Of a DNA stretch of 64,000 bases, positions 39,095-49,643 are shown one piece after another. Location of the stretch: contig CAVXTP010000003.1 of the NCBI GenBank assembly GCA_963764715.1, positions 1 through 64,000 on the forward strand, in the 5' to 3' direction. The notes beneath the pieces were generated by a model, which was not told the DNA's origin, did no database searches, and saw nothing but the letters and a program-made list of their open reading frames with translations. Source of the DNA: an uncultured Acidobacteriota bacterium. GTDB lineage: Bacteria; Acidobacteriota; Thermoanaerobaculia; UBA5066; Gp7-AA6. The stretch's first letter is position 1. Every line of letters begins with the position of its first letter. The position numbers and the translations under genes were made by a program.

Positions 39095-42000
39095 CTAGAA
39101 CGTGACCTTGACCGCCGCCCGCAGAAGCCGCGGGTTGTTCTGGATCGTGGTCTTCAGGTAGTCCGGGTTGTCCGAGCAGGGAGCCGTGGCCGAGGCCGCG
39201 CACGTGCCGACGCCGGGCTGCAGGCCCGCCTGTCCGTAGAAGGGACTCGTCGTGTCCGTGACGAAGCTGCCGGCCGTGTTGAAGTTGGTGTCGAACGCCG
39301 AGACGGTCTGCCGGTTGAGGGCGTTGAAGAGGTAGATCTGCGGCGTGATCGTCACCGCGCCGACGTTGAGGTTGTACGCGAGCGACAGGTTCAGATCGTA
39401 ATCCGTGGGGGTCCGGCCGAACGTGCCGCGCTGATCGAGGAACAGGTCCGTCGGGTAGAAGTTGTTGAAAAACCCGTAGCGGGTCATCGGGAGACCCGAG
39501 CGGACGTAGAACTGCGCGCCGGCCGAGAGGCCGAACGGCGCGTTGTAGACCGCGTCGATGCGAGCCTGGACCGGCCGGTCGAGCTCGAGGTTGCCGTAGC
39601 CGTTGAACGAGAACTGGTAGTAGTCGTAGTCCGCGTTGATGCCGGGATCCGTCTGTCCGGTGACCTCGCGGATGGCGCCGGAGTAGTTGCCCTTGAGCGA
39701 GGAGTACAGGAACGAGGCCTGCGCCCAGATCGCGTTGGTGAACTGCTTGCGCGCGACCATCTCGATGCCGCGGAAGATGCGCTTGGCATCGCCCACCGCG
39801 ACACCCGTCGCCGAGCAATTACCGGCCGTCGGGTCCGTCGGGTTCGCCGAGCCGTTGCAGGTCGGGAACTCGCCCGAGGCCGCCTGGCCATCGCCGCCCG
39901 GGTTGAAGAGGGCGCACGTCGAAGGCGCCACGCTGCCGTCGAGGTCGCAGCGATCTTCGATCGTGCGGCCGAGCGTCCGGTAGGTGCCCTTGAGGCCGAT
40001 CGACAGCGTCGGATCGATGGCCTTCTCGACGCCGAGGGTCAGCTCGTCCTGGTAGGAGGCCTTGATGCGCGGGCTTCCGTTGAGCTGGCCGTTGGTCCAG
40101 CCATCCACGGGCTCGCCGGAGGCGCTGCCGCCCTGGAAGAGCTCGTTGCGGGGAGCGCCCGCGCCCTGGGTGATGGAGTTGGGGTCGTAATTGAACGTCG
40201 TCACCGCCGAGTTGGCCGTGAACACGCGGACGTTCAGGTCCGTCGGAAGCGCGAAGTAGAAGCGGCCGGCCGAAGCGTACAGCTTCGACGTGCCGTCGCC
40301 GATGAAGTCCCACACGACGCCGATGCGCGGCGACCACTCGTTGTCGAGCTTGAACGCCGAGAACTGGCCGATCGTGGGATCGGGGTCGAGACCGTAGAAG
40401 TTCTCGGCGTCGTAGCGCACGCCGAGGTTCAGGGTCAGGGTCGGGATGATGCGCCACTGGTCCTGCAGGTAGGCGCTGTAGCGCTTGGTCGGAACGTCGA
40501 ACGGCGAGGCGTCGATGATCTGGAAGTTGTCGGTCGTCCCGTTCGCCAGGAGGTCGTGCTGGTAGAAGACCTGCTGCGTCTGGCCGTTGGCGTTCGTGTA
40601 GAAGGGCGCCTGGGCGAGGTCGCAGACGCTCGTGCCCGTCTGGAGGCACGGCCGCACGCGCACTCGCTGGCCGCCCGTGAAGAACGTCGAGCCCGAGGTC
40701 GTGTCGTCCTGGAAGTCGCCGCCGATCTTGATCTCGTGGTTGCCCGCGTACCCCGTGAACGAACCGCTGTACAGGTTGCGGAGCGACGCGTTGTTGACCG
40801 TGGGTCCGAACACGTTGCCGAAGCCGCCGGCCGTCGTGAAGTTGGTGCCGGTCCCGGACGGATCGGTGGTGTAGTCGCGGATCGCCGGGACGTCCAGGCC
40901 GAAGGGCTTGGTGGCGTACCGGTCGGAGTGCTGCGCGTACTGGAAGGTGAAGATGCCGAACGAGCCGAAGAGCTGGTTCAGCCGCGCGCCGTAGTCCGGT
41001 CCGCCCGTGTCCCGGCGGCCGTTGTACGTGAACGGCGAGAAGCCGGCCGGCGTCGTCAGGACGCCGTTCTGCGTCTGCGCGTCCGCGAAGACGCTGCCGA
41101 CGATCGACGTGCCCTGGAGCGGGTTCAAGGTCAGCTTGCCCGAGTACTTGTTCTGGAAGTACGAAAGCGGGAAGTCCTCGTTCGCCCGCGGCCCGCCGAG
41201 CGGCGTGACCGTCTGGTTGATCTGGACGCGGTCGTACGCGCCGAAGAACCAGACCTTGTCCTTGACGACGAAGCCGCCGAGGTCGGCGCCCCACTCCTGA
41301 CGCACGTCCTTGTTGATGAAGAAGTTCGGGCCGGCGAGCGTGTTCTCGGCCGTGCCCTGCTCGCTGAAGTCCGGCGTGACCGGCACGTCCCAGTCGGCGC
41401 GCATGCCCGTGTCGTTGTAGTAGCCGAACACGCCGCCATGGAACTCGTTGCCGCCCGACTTCGTGATGACGTTGACGACGCCGCCCGTGTTGCGGCCGTA
41501 CTCGGCCTGGTAGCCGCCCGTCTTCACTTCGACTTCCTGGATGAACTCGCTGTTGATGTCCTTGCCCTGGAAGCCCTTGATGACGTTCGTCGTGTTGACG
41601 CCGTCGATTAAGAACAGGTTCTCCGACGACGTCGATCCGTAGATCGAGATCGCGAGCGACCGCCCCTGCGTCTCGCCGAAGTCCGCCTGGACGCCCGGCT
41701 GCGTGAACACGATGTCCGCGTAGTTGCGTCCGACCGGCAGCTTGTCGATGACCTTCGCCGAGTAGTTCGAGCCCTGCGTCGTCGACGTCGAGTCGACCAG
41801 CGGGGCCTCACCGGTGACCGTCACCTCGGCCGAGGTCGAGAGCGACAGCGACAGGTTCACGGTGGCCGTCGAATCGAGCGTGACCGTGGCCTTGCGCTGC
41901 ACCTTGCCGAAGCCCGACAGTTCCGCGGTGATCGTGTACGCGCCCGGCGGAACCGACGGGAAACGATAACGACCGTCCGCCGCGGTGACCGCGGTCCGCG

Positions 42001-42172
42001 TTCCCTGCAGGTTGGGACTCGTCAGCTCGACGGTCACACCCGGCAGGGGCGTATTGCTCTGGTCGGCCACCGTCCCCTCCACCGTTCCGGTCGTCTGCGC
42101 GAAGACGCTGACCGGGACGAGGAGAAGAAGGCATACCGAAAGAGCCAGGGTGAATCGGTATAGAGACTTCAT
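39095..42172 (-). CDS. Oar-type TonB-dependent receptor, copy 2
   Basis: Same architecture as copy 1; AAGGAGG RBS; highly similar sequence. Confidence 0.93.
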   Translation of the reverse strand: MKSLYRFTLALSVCLLLLVPVSVFAQTTGTVEGTVADQSNTPLPGVTVELTSPNLQGTRTAVTAADGRYRFPSVPPGAYTITAELSGFGKVQRKATVTLDSTATVNLSLSLSTSAEVTVTGEAPLVDSTSTTQGSNYSAKVIDKLPVGRNYADIVFTQPGVQADFGETQGRSLAISIYGSTSSENLFLIDGVNTTNVIKGFQGKDINSEFIQEVEVKTGGYQAEYGRNTGGVVNVITKSGGNEFHGGVFGYYNDTGMRADWDVPVTPDFSEQGTAENTLAGPNFFINKDVRQEWGADLGGFVVKDKVWFFGAYDRVQINQTVTPLGGPRANEDFPLSYFQNKYSGKLTLNPLQGTSIVGSVFADAQTQNGVLTTPAGFSPFTYNGRRDTGGPDYGARLNQLFGSFGIFTFQYAQHSDRYATKPFGLDVPAIRDYTTDPSGTGTNFTTAGGFGNVFGPTVNNASLRNLYSGSFTGYAGNHEIKIGGDFQDDTTSGSTFFTGGQRVRVRPCLQTGTSVCDLAQAPFYTNANGQTQQVFYQHDLLANGTTDNFQIIDASPFDVPTKRYSAYLQDQWRIIPTLTLNLGVRYDAENFYGLDPDPTIGQFSAFKLDNEWSPRIGVVWDFIGDGTSKLYASAGRFYFALPTDLNVRVFTANSAVTTFNYDPNSITQGAGAPRNELFQGGSASGEPVDGWTNGQLNGSPRIKASYQDELTLGVEKAIDPTLSIGLKGTYRTLGRTIEDRCDLDGSVAPSTCALFNPGGDGQAASGEFPTCNGSANPTDPTAGNCSATGVAVGDAKRIFRGIEMVARKQFTNAIWAQASFLYSSLKGNYSGAIREVTGQTDPGINADYDYYQFSFNGYGNLELDRPVQARIDAVYNAPFGLSAGAQFYVRSGLPMTRYGFFNNFYPTDLFLDQRGTFGRTPTDYDLNLSLAYNLNVGAVTITPQIYLFNALNRQTVSAFDTNFNTAGSFVTDTTSPFYGQAGLQPGVGTCAASATAPCSDNPDYLKTTIQNNPRLLRAAVKVTF

Positions 42173-42230
42173 CCTTTCCTCCTTCGAATAACCGCGCTTC
42201 GAACTCGAAGACGCTTCCAAGGAAAAAGGA

Positions 42231-42276
42231 CGAAGCAAGTGCTGATCCTCAGATTGTGCCAATAATCAAGTCGTTG
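42231..42276 (-). promoter_or_regulatory. Sigma54-like promoter motif plus IHF-consensus site, copy 2
   Basis: TTGGCACAATCTGAGGATCAGCACTTGCTTCG; AATCAAGTCGTTG (WATCAANNNNTTR) at 42264-42276. Confidence 0.55.
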
Positions 42277-42381
42277 AAAACACAGAGGAACGACATGAAA
42301 AGGGGTCCGTCCCGAACGGATGGCCACCCGTCCCTTTGGATCCTGATCCGGCGGGTTGAATCTCCCGAATCGGGCCCAAAC

Positions 42382-42409
42382 AAAAAAAGGGGCGGCCGAA
42401 GCCGCCCCC
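42382..42409 (-). terminator. Rho-independent terminator after TBDR copy 3
   Basis: GGGGCGGC-TTCG-GCCGCCCC followed by T7. Confidence 0.9.
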
Positions 42410-42428
42410 AGAAAGAACCGGGAAGGAC

Positions 42429-45400
42429 CTAGAAGGTGACCTTGAGCGCCACGCGGAGAAGCCGCGGGTTGTTGCGCTGGTTGACCTTCAGGTAGTCCGT
42501 GTTGTCCGGGCAGGGCGCCACAGCGGACGCCGAGCAGGTTCCCTCTCCAGGCGCGAGACCGGCCTGGCCGTAGAAGGGGCTCGTCGTATCCGTCACGAAG
42601 GCTCCGCCGGGGTTGAACGTCGCGTCGTAGCTGGTGGCCGTCTGACGGTTGATCACGTTGTACAGGTACGCCTGCGGCGTGATCGTCACCGGGCCGACGT
42701 TGATGTTGTAACCGAGAGAGAGGTTCATGTCGTAGTCCGTCGGGGTCCGGTTGTCGACGAAGAACGCGTGCGTGTTCGTTCCGCGCGTGTCGAGGTACAG
42801 CAGGTCCGGGTAGAAGTTGTTGAAGAAGCCGTACCGCGAGACCGGGAGACCCGAGCGAACGTAGAACTGGGCGCCCATCGAGAGACCGAACGGCGCGTTG
42901 TAGACCGCGTCGATGCGGGCCTGGATGGGCCGGTCGAGCTCGAGGTTACCGTAGTCGTTGAACGTGAACTGGTAGTAGTCGTAGTCGGCGTTGATGCCGG
43001 GGTCCGTCTGGCCGGAGGCCTCGCGGATGGCGCCGGAGTAGTTGCCCTTCAACGACGAGTACAGGAAGGACATCTGCGCCCAGAGCTGCGTGGAGAACTG
43101 CTTGCGCGCGGTCATCTCGATGCCGCGGAAGATGCGCTTGGCGTCGCCGGGCACGAACCCCGTGGTCGAGCACTCGCCGGCCGTCGGGTCCGTCGGATTC
43201 GCCGAGCCGTTGCAGGTCGGGAAGAAGCCCGAAGCGGCCTGGCCGTCGCCGCCCGGGTTGAAGAGAGCGCACGTCGAGGGAGCGATGTTGCCGTCGAGGT
43301 CGCAGCGGTCTTCGACCGTGCGGCCGAGCGTGCGGTACGTGCCCTTGAGGCCGATCGACAGGGTCGGGTCGAGGGCCTTCTCGACGCCGAGGGTCAGCTC
43401 GTCCTGGTAGGAGGCCTTGGTGAGCGGGGTGCCGTTCTTGACGCCGTTCGTCCAGCCGTCCACGGGCTCGCCCGCAGCGCTGCCGCCCTGGAACAGGAGG
43501 TTGCGCGGGGCGTTGGAGGCCTGGTCGAACGAGGTCGGGCTGTAGTTGTACGTCTGGATCGAGGAGTTGGCCGTGAACACGCGGACGTTCAAGTCGGTCG
43601 GGAGCGAGAAGTAGAAGCGGCCGGCCGAAGCGTACAGCTTCGACGTGCCGTCGCCCGCGAAATCCCACACGACGCCGACGCGCGGCGACCACTGGTTCTC
43701 GAGCGCGAACGCCTTGAAGGGGCCCGTCTGCGGGTCGAGACCGTAGAAGCTCTCGGTGTCCCAGCGGAGGCCGGCGTTCAGGGTCAGGGTCGGGATGATC
43801 CGCCACTGGTCCTGGATGAAAGCGCTGTAGCGCTTGGTCGGGGTAACGAACGGCGAAGCCTCGAGGATCGAGAAGCTCGACGGCGTGCCGTTGGCCAGCA
43901 GCGAGTGCTGGTAGAAGACCTGGGTCGTCGTGCCGGCGCTGTTCGTGTAGAACGGCGCGACCGAGAGGTCGCACACGCTCGAGCCCGTCTGCAGGCAGGG
44001 ACGGATCAGGAGGCGCTGCGCGCCGGTGAAGTACGTCGTGCCCGAGGTCGAGTCGTGCTGGTAGTCGCCGCCGAGCTTGATCTCGTGGTTCCCGGCGTAC
44101 GCCGTGAACGAACCCGAGTAGAGCTGGCGGTCCGAGCTGTTGTTGACCGTCGGCCCGAAGACGTTGCCGAAGCCGCCCGACGTCCGGAACTGCACGCCGT
44201 TCGGATCGAACGTGTAGTCGCGGATCTGCGGAATGTCGTTACCAAAGGGCTTGGTGGAGTAGCGGTCGGAGTGCTGCGCGTACTGGAACGTGAAGATGCC
44301 GAACGAGCCGAAGAGCTGGTTCAGGCGCGCTCCGTAGTCCGGTCCGCCCGTGTCGCGGCGGCCGTTGTACTGGAACTGCGAGAGGCCCGTCGGGATCGCG
44401 ATGGCGCCCTCCTGCGTCTGCGCGTCCGAGAAGACGCTGCCGACGATCGAGGTGCCCTGCATGACGTTGAACGTCAGCTTGCCGGAGTATTTGTTCTGGA
44501 AGAACGTGATCGGGTAGAGGTTGCCGAAGGTCGTGGGGTTGGTCAGGTCGAGCATCTGGAGGTTCTGGTTGACCTGGACGCGGTTGTACGCGCCGAAGAA
44601 CCAGACCTTGTCCTTGACGACGAAGCCGCCGAGGTCGGCGCCCCACTCCTGACGCACGTCCTTCTCGAGAACGTTGTTCTGGAACTGCGCGTCGCCCGTC
44701 TCCGAAAAGTCCGGCGAAGCGAAGTTGCCGAGCTCGCCGTTCTTCTGGTCGGCGCGCATGCCCGTGTCGTTGTAGTAGCCGAACACGCCGCCATGGAACT
44801 CGTTGCCGCCCGACTTCGTGATGACGTTGACGACGCCGCCCGTGTTGCGGCCGTACTCGGCCTGGTAGCCGCCCGTCTTCACTTCGACTTCCTGGATGAA
44901 CTCGGTGTTGAGGTCCTTGCCCTGGAAGCCCTTGATGACGTTCGTCGTGTTGACGCCGTCGATCAGGAACAGGTTCTCCGACGACGTCGATCCGTAGACC
45001 GAGATCGCGAGCGACCGTCCCTGGGTCTCGCCGAAGTCCGCCTGGACGCCCGGCTGCGTGAACACGATGTCCGCGTAGTTGCGTCCGACCGGCAGCTTGT
45101 CGATGACCTTCGCCGAGTAGTTGGAGCCCTGGGTCGTCGACGTCGAGTCGACCATCGGCGCCTCACCGGTGACGGTGATCTCGGCCGACGTCGAGAGCGA
45201 CAGCGACAGGTTGACGGTGGCCGTCGCGTCGAGGGTGACGCGCGCCTTCCGCTCGACCTTGCCGAAGCCCGACAGTTCCGCGGTGATCGTGTACGCGCCC
45301 GGCGGAACCGACGGGAAGCGATAACGACCGTCCGCCGCGGTGACCGCGGTCCGCGAACCCTGCAGGCTGGGACTCGTCAATTCGACGGTCACACCCGGCA

Positions 45401-45527
45401 GGGGCGCGTTGCTCTGGTCGGTGACCGTCCCCTCCACGGTTCCGGTCGTCTGCCCGAAGACGGCGACCGGAGCGAGGAGAAGAAGGCATACCGAAAGAGC
45501 GAGGGTAAATCGGTACACAGACTTCAT
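42429..45527 (-). CDS. Oar-type TonB-dependent receptor, copy 3
   Basis: Same architecture; AAGGAGG RBS; terminal KVTF. Confidence 0.93.
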   Translation of the reverse strand: MKSVYRFTLALSVCLLLLAPVAVFGQTTGTVEGTVTDQSNAPLPGVTVELTSPSLQGSRTAVTAADGRYRFPSVPPGAYTITAELSGFGKVERKARVTLDATATVNLSLSLSTSAEITVTGEAPMVDSTSTTQGSNYSAKVIDKLPVGRNYADIVFTQPGVQADFGETQGRSLAISVYGSTSSENLFLIDGVNTTNVIKGFQGKDLNTEFIQEVEVKTGGYQAEYGRNTGGVVNVITKSGGNEFHGGVFGYYNDTGMRADQKNGELGNFASPDFSETGDAQFQNNVLEKDVRQEWGADLGGFVVKDKVWFFGAYNRVQVNQNLQMLDLTNPTTFGNLYPITFFQNKYSGKLTFNVMQGTSIVGSVFSDAQTQEGAIAIPTGLSQFQYNGRRDTGGPDYGARLNQLFGSFGIFTFQYAQHSDRYSTKPFGNDIPQIRDYTFDPNGVQFRTSGGFGNVFGPTVNNSSDRQLYSGSFTAYAGNHEIKLGGDYQHDSTSGTTYFTGAQRLLIRPCLQTGSSVCDLSVAPFYTNSAGTTTQVFYQHSLLANGTPSSFSILEASPFVTPTKRYSAFIQDQWRIIPTLTLNAGLRWDTESFYGLDPQTGPFKAFALENQWSPRVGVVWDFAGDGTSKLYASAGRFYFSLPTDLNVRVFTANSSIQTYNYSPTSFDQASNAPRNLLFQGGSAAGEPVDGWTNGVKNGTPLTKASYQDELTLGVEKALDPTLSIGLKGTYRTLGRTVEDRCDLDGNIAPSTCALFNPGGDGQAASGFFPTCNGSANPTDPTAGECSTTGFVPGDAKRIFRGIEMTARKQFSTQLWAQMSFLYSSLKGNYSGAIREASGQTDPGINADYDYYQFTFNDYGNLELDRPIQARIDAVYNAPFGLSMGAQFYVRSGLPVSRYGFFNNFYPDLLYLDTRGTNTHAFFVDNRTPTDYDMNLSLGYNINVGPVTITPQAYLYNVINRQTATSYDATFNPGGAFVTDTTSPFYGQAGLAPGEGTCSASAVAPCPDNTDYLKVNQRNNPRLLRVALKVTF

Positions 45528-45593
45528 TCCCTTCCTCCTTTAAAACTGAGTTTGTAAGAAACGAGTGAGATTCCTCACGGCGAAGCAATCAGA

Positions 45594-45611
45594 AAGCAAT
45601 GTGGTTGCCAG
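45594..45611 (-). promoter_or_regulatory. Sigma54 (-24/-12) promoter, copy 3
   Basis: CTGGCAACCACATTGCTT = GG-N10-GC in an AT-rich intergenic region. Confidence 0.7.
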
Positions 45612-45721
45612 AAAAACCCAAGAACTTCGCGGACTGTAACTGATTGTCCCGTTAGGAGAAAGAGAAAAGTCGCGGGAAAATCTTTCCCAAATCTGGGCAG
45701 ATTATTGGAGCGGAATCCGGA

Positions 45722-46270
45722 TTATTGGATGTTGGGGACCCGGGGAGGCTCGGGTCCGATCACGGCCAGGAGGGCTCCTCGATCGACCGCCGTGCCCGCC
45801 ACGACCTCGACCCGGGAGACGATTCCCGCGCGCTCGGCGCGGATCTCGTTCTGCATCTTCATGGCCTCGAGCACCAGGAGGAGCGAGCCCGCGGCGACCG
45901 GGGACCCGGCGGAGACGGCCACTTCGACCACGCGGCCCGGCATCAGCGCGCGAACCTCCTGATTGCGGCCGCGGCTCGAGCCGTGCTCGCCGCCATGCGC
46001 CAGACGATCCTGCAGCGGCGGCGCGAGCGCGATGCGCATCGACGCGCCGGGGCGGACGAGCTCGACTTCGCCGGGCCGTCCCGGAAACGCGCGGCCCGAG
46101 ATCTGGCGGCCGTCCTCGAAGATGAGCGAGATCGCGCCGTCCGGCAGCCGCGCGAGCTCGGCGCGCGCGTCGACGCCGGCCCGACGCAGAACGCAGCGCT
46201 CGCCGTCGAGATCGACGGTCAGCTCCTCGGGGCCCGACTCCCCGCGATGGACCAGGCGCAGCCGACGCAT
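45722..46270 (-). CDS. Biotin carboxyl carrier subunit of acyl-CoA carboxylase
   Basis: ALMPGRV, LEAMKMQNE biotinylation motif. Confidence 0.9.
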   Translation of the reverse strand: MRRLRLVHRGESGPEELTVDLDGERCVLRRAGVDARAELARLPDGAISLIFEDGRQISGRAFPGRPGEVELVRPGASMRIALAPPLQDRLAHGGEHGSSRGRNQEVRALMPGRVVEVAVSAGSPVAAGSLLLVLEAMKMQNEIRAERAGIVSRVEVVAGTAVDRGALLAVIGPEPPRVPNIQ

Positions 46271-46275
46271 CGCCG

Positions 46276-47769
46276 TCAGTCCTTCAGCGCTTCGCGGCGC
46301 GCCGCGGTCCGCCACGCGGACGCTTCGCCCCGGGCCGGCGCTGGAAGCATCGCGTCCGCCGCGGCCATCGAGACCGCCGCGAGCCAGAGCTCGTCGGCCC
46401 GCGGGCGCTCGTCGGGCAAGAGCCCCTCCGCGAGCCGGCGGTCCAGCCACTGGACGTCGAAGCGCGCGTCGCGGAATTCCGCGTCGGCGACGAGCGCCCG
46501 GAAGAGCGGGAGGGTCGTTTCGACACCCGCGACCTCGTACTCCGCGAGGGCGCGGGCGAGCCGCGTCACCGCGGCGGGGCGGTCGGGAGCGTGGACGATG
46601 AGCTTGCCGAGCATCGGGTCGTAGTCGATCGGGACGACCGAGCCGGTCTCGACGCCGACGTCGTTGCGGATGCCCGGGCCCTGCGGCAATCGCAGCGCCT
46701 CGATGCGTCCGGGCGACGGCGCGAAGCCGCGGCGGGGGTCCTCCGCGTAGACGCGGCACTCGAGGGCATGGCCGCGGGGTTTCAGGTCGGCCGCGGAAAA
46801 CGGCAGCGCCTCGCCGAGGGCGACCCGGATCATGGCGCACGCGAGATCCACGCCCCAGACCTCTTCGGTCACGGGATGCTCGACCTGGAGGCGCGTGTTC
46901 ATCTCGAGGAAGTAGAAGGCGCCGTCCGGCGCCAGGAGGAACTCGACCGTCCCGCAGGACGTGTAGCCGACGGCCCGCGCCGCCGAAAGCGCCGCCTCGA
47001 GGAGCCGGGCGCGAAGGGGCGGATCGACGGCGGGCGACGGGCACTCCTCCACGACCTTCTGGTGGCGGCGCTGGACGCTGCACTCGCGCTCCCCGACCGC
47101 GACGAGCCGGCCCCGGGCGTCGCCGATGACCTGGACCTCGATGTGGCGGGGCCGCTCGACGAGCTTTTCCGCGTACACCGCGCCGTCGCCGAAGGAGGCC
47201 TGCGCCTCGGAGGCGACGCGCTCGAAGGCGTTCGGGAGCTCCGACGCCGACTCGACGCGCCGCATCCCCTTTCCGCCCCCGCCGGCGGAGGCCTTCAGCA
47301 GGATGGGATAGCCCGCTGCGGCGGCAAACTCGGCAAGCTCCGCCGCGCCCGACGCCGCCTTCGCCGTGCCGGGCACGACGGGCACTCCCGCTTCGCGCAT
47401 CCGCTCGCGGGCGCCGGTCTTCGAGCCCATGGCGGCGATCGCCTCCGGGCTCGGGCCCACGAAGGTCAGTCCCTCCGCGGCGCACGCGCGGGCGAAGGCC
47501 GCGTTCTCGGCGAGGAACCCGTAGCCGGGATGGACGAGCGTCGCCCCGGTCTTCTTCGCGGCCGCCAGAATCGACGGCACGGACAGGTAGCTCTCGCGCG
47601 CGGGGGCCGGGCCCAGGCGCGCCGCGTGGTCGGCCATCGCGACGTGGGGCGCGGCGCGGTCGGCGTCCGAATAGACGGCCACGGTCTCGAGGCCGAGGTC
47701 GCGGCAGGCGCGGAAGATCCGCACGGCGATCTCGCCGCGATTGGCGACGAGCAGGCGCGGCCTCTTCAC
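46276..47769 (-). CDS. Biotin carboxylase subunit
   Basis: LVANRGEIAVR, HPGYGFLAEN, GGGGKGMR, EMNTRLQVEHPVTE. Confidence 0.95.
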   Translation of the reverse strand: MKRPRLLVANRGEIAVRIFRACRDLGLETVAVYSDADRAAPHVAMADHAARLGPAPARESYLSVPSILAAAKKTGATLVHPGYGFLAENAAFARACAAEGLTFVGPSPEAIAAMGSKTGARERMREAGVPVVPGTAKAASGAAELAEFAAAAGYPILLKASAGGGGKGMRRVESASELPNAFERVASEAQASFGDGAVYAEKLVERPRHIEVQVIGDARGRLVAVGERECSVQRRHQKVVEECPSPAVDPPLRARLLEAALSAARAVGYTSCGTVEFLLAPDGAFYFLEMNTRLQVEHPVTEEVWGVDLACAMIRVALGEALPFSAADLKPRGHALECRVYAEDPRRGFAPSPGRIEALRLPQGPGIRNDVGVETGSVVPIDYDPMLGKLIVHAPDRPAAVTRLARALAEYEVAGVETTLPLFRALVADAEFRDARFDVQWLDRRLAEGLLPDERPRADELWLAAVSMAAADAMLPAPARGEASAWRTAARREALKD

Positions 47770-47773
47770 GGCG

Positions 47774-49318
<1,545 letters not shown>

Positions 49319-49328
49319 TCCGGAAGGA

Positions 49329-49607
49329 TCAGAGGACGATGCCCCGCTGCTCGGCGAGCTTGCGGCGGATGCGGCGGAAGAGCTCGTGGCCGTCGACGCG
49401 GCCGGCGGCGATTTCCTGCCGGGCCGACTCCATCATGCGGCGCGCCTCCTCGTCGAGGGTGCGCTCCTTCTCGGACTCCGACTCGAGCGCCGCGAACACC
49501 GCGTCGCGCAGGGCGCCCGGCGCCTTCTCCGCGAAGAGCTTGCGGCTGGCGATCCCGCGGGCCGCGCGCCCGGCGAGAAAATCCTTCTTGACGTCGGCGA
49601 GACTCAT
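49329..49607 (-). CDS. DUF507-like small protein
   Basis: ..[29 protein letters not shown]-terminus. Confidence 0.7.
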   Translation of the reverse strand: MSLADVKKDFLAGRAARGIASRKLFAEKAPGALRDAVFAALESESEKERTLDEEARRMMESARQEIAAGRVDGHELFRRIRRKLAEQRGIVL

Positions 49608-49643
49608 GCCCTTCCCCCGCGCGATGTTATTACACTGCCTGCC

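Noticed and set aside
35749-45527. Diversity-generating retroelement or invertase shufflon behind the TBDR variation
   Set aside because: No reverse transcriptase or recombinase in the window; differences are not adenine-specific; all three copies are full-length and co-oriented
45530-45720. AT-rich stretch as a foreign island or tRNA integration site
   Set aside because: Short and explained by a promoter region; no tRNA fold, att repeat or integrase seen
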